In this document: positions 19,815-30,500 of the stretch, piece after piece
How positions within the stretch are numbered: position 1 is the stretch's first letter
Layout of the letters: each line of letters opens with the position of its first letter
Assembly (NCBI GenBank): GCA_018674305.1
Contig: JABHAL010000015.1
Coordinates: 128,532-192,531 of the forward strand
Reading direction: 5' to 3'
DNA length: 64,000 nucleotides
Source: Candidatus Falkowbacteria bacterium
GTDB taxonomy: Bacteria; Patescibacteriota; Patescibacteriia; UBA11705; JABHMO01
Notes under the pieces: model-generated
Database searches by the model: none
The model's input: the letters and a program-made list of their open reading frames with translations, nothing else
Told to the model about the DNA's origin: nothing
Made by a program: the position numbers and the translations under genes

Positions 19815-20387
19815 CTAAAATTTAACTTTTACGTTTTCTTTTTCTTTCTCATCGGCTTCAAAAAAATCATACTTTTTAAATCCAATAGCATTAGCAATCA
19901 TATTTGTTGGGAAAACTTGAATTTTGGTATTGAAGTCACGAACATTACCATTGTAAAATCTTCGAGCAGCTTGGATCTTATTTTCAATATCACTCAACTC
20001 ATCTTGCAACTTCGCAAAATTAGCAGAAGCCTTCAGGTCAGGATAACTCTCAGCTACTGCGAACAAGGTTTTTAACGCTCCTGACAGCATGTTTTCGGCC
20101 TTAGCTTGGTCTTCTGGACTAGCATCCTTGTTATCATGTGATCCCATGGCAGCTGTTCGAGCTTCAGTTACTTTTTGTAAAGTTTCTTGTTCGTGCGTCA
20201 TGTAACCTTTAACGGTCTCCATTAGATTTGGAATCAAATCATAACGTCGTTTTAACTGAACATCAATATCTGAAGAAGCCTCGTCCACACGATTACGTAA
20301 ACGAATTAGTCCGTTGTAGACTGCGATTAACCAAACGATAATTACTGCTACAACTGCCAAAATTACATAAATAATTGTTGCTGACAT
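19815..20387 (-). CDS. lemA: LemA family protein
   Basis: N-terminal TM + YNGLIRLRNRVDEASSDIDVQLKRRYDLIPNL... LemA signature; upstream of htpX. Confidence 0.8.
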   Translation of the reverse strand: MSATIIYVILAVVAVIIVWLIAVYNGLIRLRNRVDEASSDIDVQLKRRYDLIPNLMETVKGYMTHEQETLQKVTEARTAAMGSHDNKDASPEDQAKAENMLSGALKTLFAVAESYPDLKASANFAKLQDELSDIENKIQAARRFYNGNVRDFNTKIQVFPTNMIANAIGFKKYDFFEADEKEKENVKVKF

Positions 20388-20460
20388 AAATTGTTTATTA
20401 TTTATAAAATCAACTAAATTATAGTCTATTATAGCAGAAAAATCAACTTTATTTTGTTTT

Positions 20461-20500
20461 TATTATAAAAAAAGAGCAAGCCAGTGATGGCTTGCTTTGA
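20461..20500 (-). terminator. Intrinsic terminator (AGCAAGCCA-loop-TGGCTTGCT + T7)
   Basis: Hairpin + U-run downstream of 20505..20777. Confidence 0.55.
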
Positions 20501-20504
20501 TTGA

Positions 20505-20777
20505 CTACCAACCCCTTCTTTTCTTTAATTTCTTGCGTCGATTTTTTCTAGCTTGCTCTCGATAGGATTCCTTAGCTTTTTCCTGTCGAAGAGCTCTAGC
20601 TTCAACCTTGTTTGGCACATGCTCACGTTTGGTTAATTCAGTCTTAATCTCTACAACTGACAACATTCGACCACCTGGTATCGGCGTATGGCCCTTGTGT
20701 CGTTTTGACCTAGCTTTTTCTAAATAATTCAACAAGACTTTTGTAGGTAAATTTGGTAAATCATATGGATTAGTCAT
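20505..20777 (-). CDS. Small basic hypothetical protein (90 aa)
   Basis: ORF; RRKKLKKRRGW basic tail. Confidence 0.4.
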   Translation of the reverse strand: MTNPYDLPNLPTKVLLNYLEKARSKRHKGHTPIPGGRMLSVVEIKTELTKREHVPNKVEARALRQEKAKESYREQARKNRRKKLKKRRGW

Positions 20778-20882
20778 AATAACCTCCCTTATGACAAAGA
20801 TTCAAAGAACGAGCACTAAAGCGTATATGCACTAGTTTATCAAGTTCAATGATTTTAAGCAAATATTATAACTACTGTTCTA

Positions 20883-20911
20883 TTGACAATATACAACCAA
20901 TAAGCTATACT
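20883..20911 (+). promoter_or_regulatory. Sigma70-like promoter TTGACA-N17-TATACT driving the ncRNA below
   Basis: Consensus -35, 17-nt spacer, near-consensus -10; predicted TSS ~20918. Confidence 0.55.
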
Positions 20912-20917
20912 TTAACC

Positions 20918-21304
20918 TAGGTTAAGAAGTGAAACCTCCGCCACGCGGAGGGGTAACCTAAATTGGTTCCCGACAAACCGATTTAGATTGCTGGTAATAC
21001 CGGAGTGGGTTAGCTCGCCCTCATCATGGCCCTTGACAGCGGTGTTGGTAAATGAATAGCAGTCAAGTCCATTCTACGACTAGCCCTGCTACCAACCGCG
21101 ACCGTCTACAGACTAGGAAATACCTCCGCCAAATTGAATGCGCACAATTTGGTTCCGAATGGATATTGGACAAATATGAAACTGGCGAGAAAATTCATAT
21201 TTGAGAAATATCCAGGTCTAGTCCCTTATTCCGGGGGGTGCGTCAAGCATTTCTTAACCTAAAAGCGCGCCTTGTGCATCATTACGGGGCGCGCTATTTT
21301 TTTT
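20918..21304 (+). ncRNA. Unclassified structured ncRNA (~385 nt) bounded by promoter, closing helix and intrinsic terminator
   Basis: GC-rich island between two minus-strand genes. 5' GGTTAAGAAG (20920-20929) pairs with 3' TTTCTTAACC (21250-21259). Internal hairpins: CCTCCGC/GCGGAGG, CTAAATTGG/CCGATTTAG. Terminator GCGCGCC...GGCGCGC + T8 at 21265-21304. No convincing RNase P P4 or tmRNA UUCGAC/T-arm match. Confidence 0.5.
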
Positions 21305-21309
21305 GCAAA

Positions 21310-21345
21310 CAAAAAAAAACAACTATTAAAGTTGTTTCTTTTATA
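21310..21345 (-). terminator. Intrinsic terminator (AACAACT-ttaat-AGTTGTT + T9) for 21357..23078
   Basis: Hairpin + U-run on minus strand. Confidence 0.5.
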
Positions 21346-21356
21346 CAGTTCAAATT

Positions 21357-23078
21357 CTAACCAACACTTTTCATATATTTTAAGTCTTCCTTCTTAATCA
21401 TAAATTTACCATCTTTAGCTAGCCTCTTTGCTAGTATTTCATCTTTCTGATCCTCATTAACTAACGACTGAGCAATCGTCTTGGCCTTTTCTCCTATTTC
21501 TGCATCATTTTCATTATTAGCAGCCTCGGTAACTCCCCATAGATGCCAACCTATTTTATTCAGTGTTTTTTGGAAATTATCTTGCAATCCAGCAAGATCC
21601 ACACCCCATTCATTTTTCACCTCACCACGGTCAATTTTTGCTTGAATGACCTCAATTTCATTTTGTTTCAATGCTATTATTTCTTCTAACGCAACAATGT
21701 ATGAATTTGCATCACTATATCCCATTTGTGATTCCCAATGACCCTCATCAGAGGCTAAACGAAAAGTGTGTTTTTTATCTTTTGAAGATAAAGATTGATA
21801 TATTTGCTGAGCATATGACCAAGAATCAAAATTATTTCGTTCAGGTAAATCCAGATTATATATATCACCTTCTAACACATCTTTTATTAATTCATTTTTC
21901 TGACTTTCACTTAATTCAAAATCATTATTGACAATATCCTCTATTTTCATTGGTTTCTTATTGTACTTTACTCTTTTCCTATCAACTTCTTCAAGTTCTT
22001 CATTCACAATTTTTTCAGTCACAACTTCCTCAACCAAAAAATATTCACCTGTCTGAGCATCTCTTATATATACTGGCATGCCCAGGGTTTTGCCTTCTTT
22101 CAATATTTCATCCATCAAATTTTTATTACCATGCTCAGTTAAGGCTGAATTCTCCGCTATTTTAACATCAATATCTGAATCAAAAAACAAAGCTGCAATT
22201 TGTGGTTTTTTTACTAAAATTTCATTATGTCCAGACTCCGATTTATTAATAGCTTGAGAGATTTCTTCTTTAGGATTTTCAGTATTAAATACATTACTTC
22301 GTTCACCTTCAGATACTTGTGAAACACTATCTCTCGCCATTGCTGCCCCAATCTCACCCCCTTTCAATAAAACACCAAAAGAAAAAAAGGATTGATCCTT
22401 GACTTCATTCTTTTGCTTATCAAGCCGTACACTTGCAGTTGACAAATTAGGCTCCATTGCCAATGTTGCATGAAACATATCCTGCCATCTAACCCCACGC
22501 TTCATAACAGAAACCTGTCCCGGAGTAGTCATGCTCAAAAAACTGTGATTTAATACAGCATTATGTTCTTTACATACCTCCATAACATCCTTGGACTTTT
22601 TCTCACCTTCCCAAGTCTCCAGAGCCTCAGCTTGATCTTTATAAAATTCACTTATCAAACTTTCAGCTTTTTCAAGTTCGACTTTACTGTCAGCCTCTTT
22701 TTGCAAATCTTTATACATTTGCCACAACCCCTCAAACTCTCTTTGTAAATCTTCAACTTTTCTCCTATCCCCTTGGATCTCATTCTGCAAAGCCCTAATC
22801 TCAAATAAATTAAATAATTTAGCAAGTGTTCTTTGCTGTTTTGACTCTAATTCACTCTCCAATTCTTTCAACCTATCGATTACTTCCTTAAACTCCAATT
22901 GTTTTTGTTTAATTTTCTCCTGTAATCGTACTGTTTTTTCATTGATATCTGCTTGGCGTTCAGAAAACTGAGCTTCCAGCGCAGCTTGTTGCGCCTCCAC
23001 TTCTAATTTTTCCTCGGGATTTTTTTCCTGAACAAAATTTCTAAGCTTTTGATTATTTACTGGTGATTCTTTTCTCAT
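21357..23078 (-). CDS. Coiled-coil protein (573 aa), function unknown
   Basis: N-terminal ~200 aa heptad-rich E/K/Q region; C-terminal globular part without recognised motifs. Confidence 0.5.
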   Translation of the reverse strand: MRKESPVNNQKLRNFVQEKNPEEKLEVEAQQAALEAQFSERQADINEKTVRLQEKIKQKQLEFKEVIDRLKELESELESKQQRTLAKLFNLFEIRALQNEIQGDRRKVEDLQREFEGLWQMYKDLQKEADSKVELEKAESLISEFYKDQAEALETWEGEKKSKDVMEVCKEHNAVLNHSFLSMTTPGQVSVMKRGVRWQDMFHATLAMEPNLSTASVRLDKQKNEVKDQSFFSFGVLLKGGEIGAAMARDSVSQVSEGERSNVFNTENPKEEISQAINKSESGHNEILVKKPQIAALFFDSDIDVKIAENSALTEHGNKNLMDEILKEGKTLGMPVYIRDAQTGEYFLVEEVVTEKIVNEELEEVDRKRVKYNKKPMKIEDIVNNDFELSESQKNELIKDVLEGDIYNLDLPERNNFDSWSYAQQIYQSLSSKDKKHTFRLASDEGHWESQMGYSDANSYIVALEEIIALKQNEIEVIQAKIDRGEVKNEWGVDLAGLQDNFQKTLNKIGWHLWGVTEAANNENDAEIGEKAKTIAQSLVNEDQKDEILAKRLAKDGKFMIKKEDLKYMKSVG

Positions 23079-23105
23079 AAATTTGCAAACACAAAACTTC
23101 GAAAA

Positions 23106-25091
23106 TTATTTAAAATTGGCTCGAAACACTCCATCAAAATTTTCCGGCGGATTAACAAGATATTCTTTTAAGCGTTCAACATAAATTTCGATTGGCCGAT
23201 CTTCTGGGTAGGCTTCTGCCAACGACGAAAATAACTTCAAAGCTTCCGGCCATTCTTGATTTAAATATTGCTGTGTTGCTAGTCCAAATTTTTCTAATAA
23301 TTCAGCGTACTTTTTTTTGTCCGCTAATTCACCCAAAACTTGATAAATTTTAATGCCTGTTTGCTTCCCTTTTACAGCAACGGTATCTAAATATCTAAAC
23401 ACAAATTTGTTATTCAATTCAGCTTTTGTTTTTTCACTGGCCAAAATACCAACTCCATAATATTTAGTTAAACTTTCCAGGCGAGATGCTAAGTTCACAT
23501 CATCACCAATGGCCGTGTAATCAAAACGCTGATGTGATCCCAAATTTCCAACCACCACTTCGCCCGTATTTAACCCAATTCCAATCTTTATCTCAGGCAT
23601 CCCTCGGATTTTCATTTTTTTATTAAATTTTACTAATTCACTTTGCATTAATAATGCTGAAGTTAACCCATCTTGGCGATGATTTTCATTATGCAAAGGT
23701 GAATTCCAAAAAGCCATAACCGCATCACCAATAAACTTATCCACAACCCCGTTATTATCCATAATCACAGTTGTCATTTCGGTTAAATAATCGTTTAAGT
23801 AATGTACAAGCTCCTCGGGCTTCATTTTTTCTGACAATGAAGTAAACCCACGAATATCAGAAAACAAAATAGTTAATTCTCGCCTTTCTCCGCCGAGATT
23901 CAATTTTTCTGGTTTAGCAATTAGCTCGTCAACAACTTCCTTAGCTACATATTGGGAAAAACCAGCACGAATTTTTTGTTTTTCTTGCGATTCTAATAAA
24001 TATCGAATCACAAAAGCAGTAGCAAAAATTAAAATTATTAACAAACAAGGATATAAAATCGAAAATAACCAACTGAAGACAAAGGCTACAACTACACCCA
24101 GTAAATATAAAACGATTAACAATACCATGCCCAACAATGAGTAATACCAACGCCAAGCAAAAGCTACAAAAGCACTAATTATTCCTAAAAGTATAAATAG
24201 ACCTAAATACAAAATTTGATTATCAACTTGCTGAACATATGCCGACTGTAAATATGACTCAATCAAGTTAGCCTGAATTTCCACCCCAGACATAGCCTCA
24301 AACTTAGTCGAAGCCGTGAAATATTGATCATGTAAATTGTCTGCAGTAGCACCGACTAAAACAATCTTGCCTTGCAAAACTTGACTATCAAAATCCTGAT
24401 TGTAAACATCTATGAAAGAATATTTTTGAAAAGTATTTTCCGGACCAAAGAATTTAATGCGAAATAATCCGAACTGATCAAAATCAAATTTTTCAGGATA
24501 TAAACTATCAACTTCATTCCACAAGCCAGCTTTTTGTAGAACACCAACAAAAAACGGCGTCACCATTTCATCTTGATATTTAACAAAATTAGGTGTACGT
24601 CGAATCTGCCCATCCTGATCTGTTATCAAAGAGACATGCCCAACAGAGGACCGTTCTTGAATCTCTGATATTGGCCACAAAGTTTCAGTGAACTGAGGAT
24701 CAGCACCTAAAGTCAATTTTAACTCACCCTCCATTGGAAAAACTACTTTGTTCCCCTCCTGCAAAACTGACAACAATTCATTATCTCCACCGCTCGACTC
24801 ACTAAAAGTCATATCATAACCAATAGCTTTCACTCCAGACTTACTCAATTTATCAATCATTTGAGTATGCAAACTTCTTGACCAAGGCCACTCACCAAAA
24901 GACTGAATTGATTTATCATCAATTCCGATCAGAACAATTTGATTAGAAATTTCCTCTTGAACAAATAATTTATCTTTTAACTGTTCATCAAATAAATTAA
25001 AAACCTTAAAATGCAATAGACCGTACATCAAGCCAACACAAACTACAGCTGTTAAAATTGCGCTCAGAATTTTAGTTTGTTTTTTTAACAT
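23106..25091 (-). CDS. CHASE2 sensor domain - class III adenylate/guanylate cyclase
   Basis: N-terminal TM + periplasmic CHASE2-like region, three TM helices, then cyclase core LTILFSDIRGFTSLSE...KFIGDAVMAFWNSP. Confidence 0.8.
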   Translation of the reverse strand: MLKKQTKILSAILTAVVCVGLMYGLLHFKVFNLFDEQLKDKLFVQEEISNQIVLIGIDDKSIQSFGEWPWSRSLHTQMIDKLSKSGVKAIGYDMTFSESSGGDNELLSVLQEGNKVVFPMEGELKLTLGADPQFTETLWPISEIQERSSVGHVSLITDQDGQIRRTPNFVKYQDEMVTPFFVGVLQKAGLWNEVDSLYPEKFDFDQFGLFRIKFFGPENTFQKYSFIDVYNQDFDSQVLQGKIVLVGATADNLHDQYFTASTKFEAMSGVEIQANLIESYLQSAYVQQVDNQILYLGLFILLGIISAFVAFAWRWYYSLLGMVLLIVLYLLGVVVAFVFSWLFSILYPCLLIILIFATAFVIRYLLESQEKQKIRAGFSQYVAKEVVDELIAKPEKLNLGGERRELTILFSDIRGFTSLSEKMKPEELVHYLNDYLTEMTTVIMDNNGVVDKFIGDAVMAFWNSPLHNENHRQDGLTSALLMQSELVKFNKKMKIRGMPEIKIGIGLNTGEVVVGNLGSHQRFDYTAIGDDVNLASRLESLTKYYGVGILASEKTKAELNNKFVFRYLDTVAVKGKQTGIKIYQVLGELADKKKYAELLEKFGLATQQYLNQEWPEALKLFSSLAEAYPEDRPIEIYVERLKEYLVNPPENFDGVFRANFK

Positions 25092-25096
25092 AGCAG

Positions 25097-26809
25097 TTAA
25101 TTTCTCAGTTTAGTTGAAACCAATAGAACTGTAATTGTTGTTTGGCCTGTAAACGAACTATTATCATCTGGTCGATACGTACCAGAAATTGTAGTAGCAC
25201 CACCATTGCGATTGGCTGTAAAAATATTTCCCTTCAAACTACCGACGTCATTACCACTGATTGAATCTCCACTGGCTGACCAATTTATTTGTTCAGTGAC
25301 ATCTAATTTACTACCATCACTATAAATCAAATTGGCGCTAAGCTTTGAACTCGCATCAGGAATTAAGCTTGCTGGATTAGCAGTGACTACTAAACTTTGA
25401 GCCACAGGCACCACCAGCTCCTCAGGCTGATCAGTTGAACCACTGTCAGTGATTGCAGGCTGTTCTTCGGTAACAGCTGGTGTATCAGTTGTGACGGGAT
25501 CTTCTAATGTTGCGGATTCACCAGTAGTAGCTGGTTCATCAGTCGCAATAGATTCAACGGTTGTTTCTTGTTCTGTCGATTCAGAACTCGGCACCTGGTC
25601 ATCTGCGGTTCCATAGGTTGGCTCTGATTCCTGTACTTCAATAACGACTGGTTCAATTTTAGGCTTAGCTAAATCTTGTTCAACTTCTAGCTTTAATTCA
25701 CCTGAGTCAACACTTTGTACTTCCTCTGAATCTAAACCTTGAATTTTATTAGCGATAAATGCAGCAACTGATTGGTCAAAAATCTTGCCTAAAAATACTT
25801 TTCGTAAACCATCATATCGTGACAACTTATTTGTAAATTCTTTATCAAAAGACTGCAGTCTCTGTAATGTTGCTAAAGTCTGTTTATTAAATTCTGCTAT
25901 TTTCAACTGTTCAATTGCCTTGGTTACTTTTGTACTATCAATTAAGCCCTGAATTTCAATTCCTCTTTTGGTTTCTAGCTTTTGTTTATAACTAGACTCT
26001 GTTCCAGACAAAAGCAAACGGATCTTTTCAAACCCGGTTTTAATCCCATACAAAGGATGGTCAGGTAGTAGCCCAACGTCGCTAATAATTGCTTGCCTTT
26101 TTGTCTCTAAATAATTTTCAAAATTTCTATTCATCATTATATTATTGTAAATCCATGGCTCTTCTTTTTGTTGTAACTTTAATTCATCTGTACCAACTGT
26201 TTCCTGCTCATAAGTTTTCTTTACCAAATCATAAGTCAATTTATCACCGGCTGACATATTTGCTAGAATTGCTGCCTCTCCAACAAGACTTACGTCAACA
26301 TCATTTTCATAAACAAAAACTTCAACTGTAATATCCGTTAAAGTTACATTAAAGGCAGTACCACGAACTGTTGCCACAACTGTACCCGCTTCAACTTCAA
26401 AAGCAGCAGAAGGATGCAATAGATTCATTAATCTTGACCAAACCTGTCCTTTTTGCAATTTAACTCTGACCTTGGTCAACAAAGGTGAGTTGGAATTAAT
26501 ATATCCCTTGGTAATAACAACTTGTGAATCTTCAGCGACCATAACTTCCTGAGTATCAAAAAAACTAATTCGCGCTACTGAATTACCATTGGTTTTTATA
26601 ATGTCACCTTCGGAAACAATTTTAAATTTTTCAACTTTCTGAAAATCATTATCAGTACTTCCATTGTGCCAAACATCTCCCTTTTCTACAATTAAAGCGA
26701 TTTCTGGTTCTACCAAGTCTGTTCTCCCCATTGCACCGTTAAACCAAAATATTACTATTACAATGACAACCGCTAAAACAATTAAACCAAAAGTTTTTAT
26801 TTTTTTCAT
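25097..26809 (-). CDS. FecR-domain protein (membrane anchored) with Thr/Glu-rich linker and C-terminal beta domain
   Basis: FecR-like block ISFFDTQEVMVAEDSQVVI...GTVVATVRGTAFNV; directly upstream of the CHASE2 cyclase with a 5-nt gap. Confidence 0.65.
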   Translation of the reverse strand: MKKIKTFGLIVLAVVIVIVIFWFNGAMGRTDLVEPEIALIVEKGDVWHNGSTDNDFQKVEKFKIVSEGDIIKTNGNSVARISFFDTQEVMVAEDSQVVITKGYINSNSPLLTKVRVKLQKGQVWSRLMNLLHPSAAFEVEAGTVVATVRGTAFNVTLTDITVEVFVYENDVDVSLVGEAAILANMSAGDKLTYDLVKKTYEQETVGTDELKLQQKEEPWIYNNIMMNRNFENYLETKRQAIISDVGLLPDHPLYGIKTGFEKIRLLLSGTESSYKQKLETKRGIEIQGLIDSTKVTKAIEQLKIAEFNKQTLATLQRLQSFDKEFTNKLSRYDGLRKVFLGKIFDQSVAAFIANKIQGLDSEEVQSVDSGELKLEVEQDLAKPKIEPVVIEVQESEPTYGTADDQVPSSESTEQETTVESIATDEPATTGESATLEDPVTTDTPAVTEEQPAITDSGSTDQPEELVVPVAQSLVVTANPASLIPDASSKLSANLIYSDGSKLDVTEQINWSASGDSISGNDVGSLKGNIFTANRNGGATTISGTYRPDDNSSFTGQTTITVLLVSTKLRN

Positions 26810-26875
26810 AAATTTAGATCATTAATTTTTAAACCTCCTAGTAACAGCTTAGCAAATTTTGGCCGTGAATTCAAC

Positions 26876-27379
26876 CTAAACTTCATTATTTCGATCACAA
26901 AACCAAGCTTTTGGGTTGTTACAAATATAACAACGAGCATGTTCCAGTTCGGATTGGTCTCGTAACACGCGGTCGTAAAATGATTTTTGCCAATTAAAAT
27001 CAAAACAATTTAGACCATATCGAATTTGTTTGGTACAAACATTTTTGAAGGAATTTATGATTTTGGAAATTAATCCATAATTATTTCGTGTAGGGATCGG
27101 GCAATGCCCGTTCCCTACGTTTTTTATATATATTATACCGTGCATATGATTCGGCATTACAATATATTTATCCAATGAAACATTTTCATAATACCGTGGA
27201 ATTAATTTCCAAAATTCATTTACCACATCACCACAAACATTCAAAATCATTTTTTCATCAACAACATCACCAAACCAATTTATTCTATTCTTCGTACAAA
27301 TCGTTAAATAATAAAAACCGGGCAATGAATAATCAAACGCCCGACAACGGTTTAATTTTCGTTCTGGACCATTGTACAT
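26876..27379 (-). mobile_element. IS200/IS605-family HuH tyrosine transposase, REP-associated (RAYT)-like
   Basis: HuH motif PNHMHGIIYI, catalytic Tyr region WQKSFYDRVLRD, C-terminal ...YICNNPKAW typical of RAYT/TnpA-REP. Confidence 0.65.
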
Positions 27380-27530
27380 ATATTAACATTGTGACAATTA
27401 ATTTAAGAAACCTATAGCAAAATGTTATCCCCACTCGTCAAATCCTATTAAAACAAAAACTTCTCTTCTATACAGCGGTGTTTTTTTGACGATGAAAGTC
27501 GTCAATATTAAGATAACAATTTTTTAAAAT

Positions 27531-27560
27531 AAAAAAGGACCCTTGTATCGACAAGGGTCC
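27531..27560 (-). terminator. Intrinsic terminator (GGACCCTTG-loop-CAAGGGTCC + A6/T-run) after giant gene
   Basis: 9-bp stem, U-run on minus strand immediately after stop at 27569. Confidence 0.55.
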
Positions 27561-27568
27561 TGTCTTTC

Positions 27569-30500
27569 TTAAACGCGCTGTCTATTCCTCAGACCAAGCA
27601 AGATACCTCCTAAAAGTAGAAACAGGACAATTCCTGTTGCTTGTCCGTTCTGAGATGTAGAACATCCGTCTGAACTTGAACACCAGTTTCTATCGCTACT
27701 GACAGAAAACTCTTTCTTGGCAGTAACTGTCTGGTCATTATTTTTCACCGTAATTTTAACTTCATGTTTCCCAGTGCTACCACACTCAAGGAAAACATAA
27801 GCTTCAACGTGATAATGATCATCCACCCACATAAAATTACTGTTGATATCTGTATCGACAGATAAAGAACCAAAGATATAGGAGAACTGTTCACTCTCTG
27901 GAACATTATCAGACCCATACAGATCAAAGCTTATGACCATATGAGTAGCTTCTTGAGCGTTATTAATCGACAAATTTTCTATGGCTAAATCACCCTCTGC
28001 TTTAGGCTTATTACCACAAGAAGTGATTATAACTTGTTTTGTCGTGCTAGTAGTAATATTGTCGATGTTTATATTCATTGTCACTTGATAAGTTCCCGGC
28101 TGATCATAAATATGAGTTGCTTTCAATTGCAAAGCCCCATTACCTATAAGACCAGCTGAACAAGCAACTTGTTCAAAACCCTCAAGTCCAAAGTTCACAT
28201 AGCAACTGACAACCTGACTTGGAACCGCATTGTAGATAAGCCATTCCGACTTAACATCACAGAATCCCATATTCACCACATAGTAATTCTGTCCCTTGAC
28301 AACGGGGTCACCTGTCGGAACTTCACCTTCAACGCATTCTCCGTCTTGACAAAACTCATTCTGAGCACAGGGTTGTTTGATGGCCACCTTTTCCCCATCT
28401 TCACTTATCCACCAAACATCATTCTCAAAACAACCAAGTTCGAACACAACGGAGCAGTCCATTTCCAGGCAGTACTCAATTAATCCTGCCGGCAAAAGCC
28501 CATGTTTACCCAACATCTTCATTAAGTCTTCGTCTTTTACCTTGTCGAGCATTTTTTGAAGAACTAATTTTGCATCTTTGATCAACAAGTTTGCTTCTGC
28601 CGTTTTTGCATTGAAGGCAGACGTTCCCAAAGAACTTTTGATCTCATTAAGTAATGCTGTATCCTTGGAAATCATGGCCTGAGCAAGACCCTGTGTATTA
28701 ATATCAGCTAAATCATCAAAAGAGTCTCTGACTACTAATTTCACTGAATCTCGATATTTTGTTTTCCAGCCCTGAACTCCAAACATATTTTGAGTTGGAT
28801 GACCGCCACCCCAAAGATCTGCTAGCACCTCCAAGATTGCAGCTTGTGCACCCTCTTTGGCAATAGGAATGCCCAGCTCATAAACTAAAATAGCTTTAGA
28901 CTTTGCATGCATATACTCATGCATAACAATAGAAGTTAAAACTGCTTTCACATCAGCCAGATAAGTAGCTATAGGAACTGCTGAATCTGCAGAGCCGTAT
29001 AACAACTCCTTCAATCGTCCTTCATGTACTGTGAAAATAATCATTTCATGGAACTCGTCTACATTATAAGCAGCTGGAATAGCTTCATCTATTCCATTGA
29101 AAAGCTCCTCGCTTTTTTTGAACCAATTATACTCACCTAGACTAGCCAAGGGATCAGCAGTAACTGCAAGAGCTTCAAACCCTTTAACGCTTGGGGCTTG
29201 ACCATCAATTGCCTCTAGTGCCTTTTTAAGATTTCCACTACTAATCACTTCACGCATCACCAATCTATCAACTTCTGAAAATTTCATGGAAAAAAGAGAT
29301 TTGTAATTATAGAATGGATATTTTTTAACTAGAGCAACAGCATCACCTCTAACACTTTCCAGAACAAGTGGGTCTTTGATTTTCTTTACGTGAATTTTTC
29401 CACTTCTAGCAAAGACCACAAACTTTTCAGTTTTTCCACTTGTTAAATACTTGATGTATCGCAATCCATGTTTTCCAAGAAAGACAAGTCCCTTGATGGC
29501 ATTGTAACCAAGGTCAACAAATGCCAAGATTGCCACAACATAAGCTAGTTTTGGATACGTATCTTCTAGCAGAATAAAACCTGCGGTCTCACCACAAACA
29601 CCCAGAAGAGCAATCCCAATTGGAGCAGTGGCTACCTCAAATATTCCTGCAACAATCAAGAAGACTGAAGCTCCATAACACGAACCATACAATAAAATCT
29701 CATCAAAGTTGTCCATCATCCAGTCAAGACCAAAGAGACCGATATCAAGCACATCGTCCATCACATACAGCCCATTCTCGTCCCACCATTCAAAACACGT
29801 AGCTGATGTATCCGTTTCTGGACTGAGACACGGTGATTCCGTCAGATTAACGATAGAATCAATCATCCCCATCATTTCAATGATTTTTTCTTGCGGGATT
29901 ACGTTCAAGTCTATCACATAAGCATCATTATCATTGAGGAAAATATTCGTTTTGACCAACAACTCCAGTGAATCTCCACCATGAATTGCTTGCCAACTGA
30001 ACTCGAATTCATCCCCCTCAAAGAGGACAAAGTCCTGACTTAACTCCTCTTCTGCGTCTACGAGTAATATTTCAACCTCAATGTAATTCGGAACATTTTC
30101 TGCACAAAATGCAGAAAATGTAATTTCAAGTAAGGCAATGTCACCCTCAAAAACTGCAGTAGCGACAGAGCCGTCTTCATGTTTCCACTGCGCGCTTATA
30201 ATTTCACACGGAGATGGATTATAAACACAATCACCAAACACACAAGAGTAAAATTCCGGACACAGATTCACATCACCCCAGTCACAACACTGTCCATCGC
30301 ACTCACATTCGCGATAACCAAAACCAAAACACTCTTTTTCGTTTGGTTCGCAATTGCTTTCACAACAAGGAGAAATACATTCCCCTGCCTGGCAACCACA
30401 TGAGCAAGGATCAGCGTCCAAATAGTAACAATCCAAATCATTTGAGGAGCACTTTCCATTACTCAACACCGAACTGTAATTTGATGAACATACATTTGGT

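Noticed and set aside
20918-21304. Possible RNase P RNA or tmRNA identity for the 385-nt ncRNA
   Set aside because: AAGTCCA and GGGG..GGTTCCCGAC resemble P4 and the tmRNA 5' end superficially, but the partner strands (ACAGAA...P4 3' strand; T-arm + acceptor 3' strand + CCA) are absent; left unclassified
27087-27119. 33-bp palindrome CGTGTAGGGATCGGGCAATGCCCGTTCCCTACG as a possible REP element
   Set aside because: Lies inside the RAYT coding sequence (encodes NVGNGHCPIP); single copy; no flanking REP pairs found
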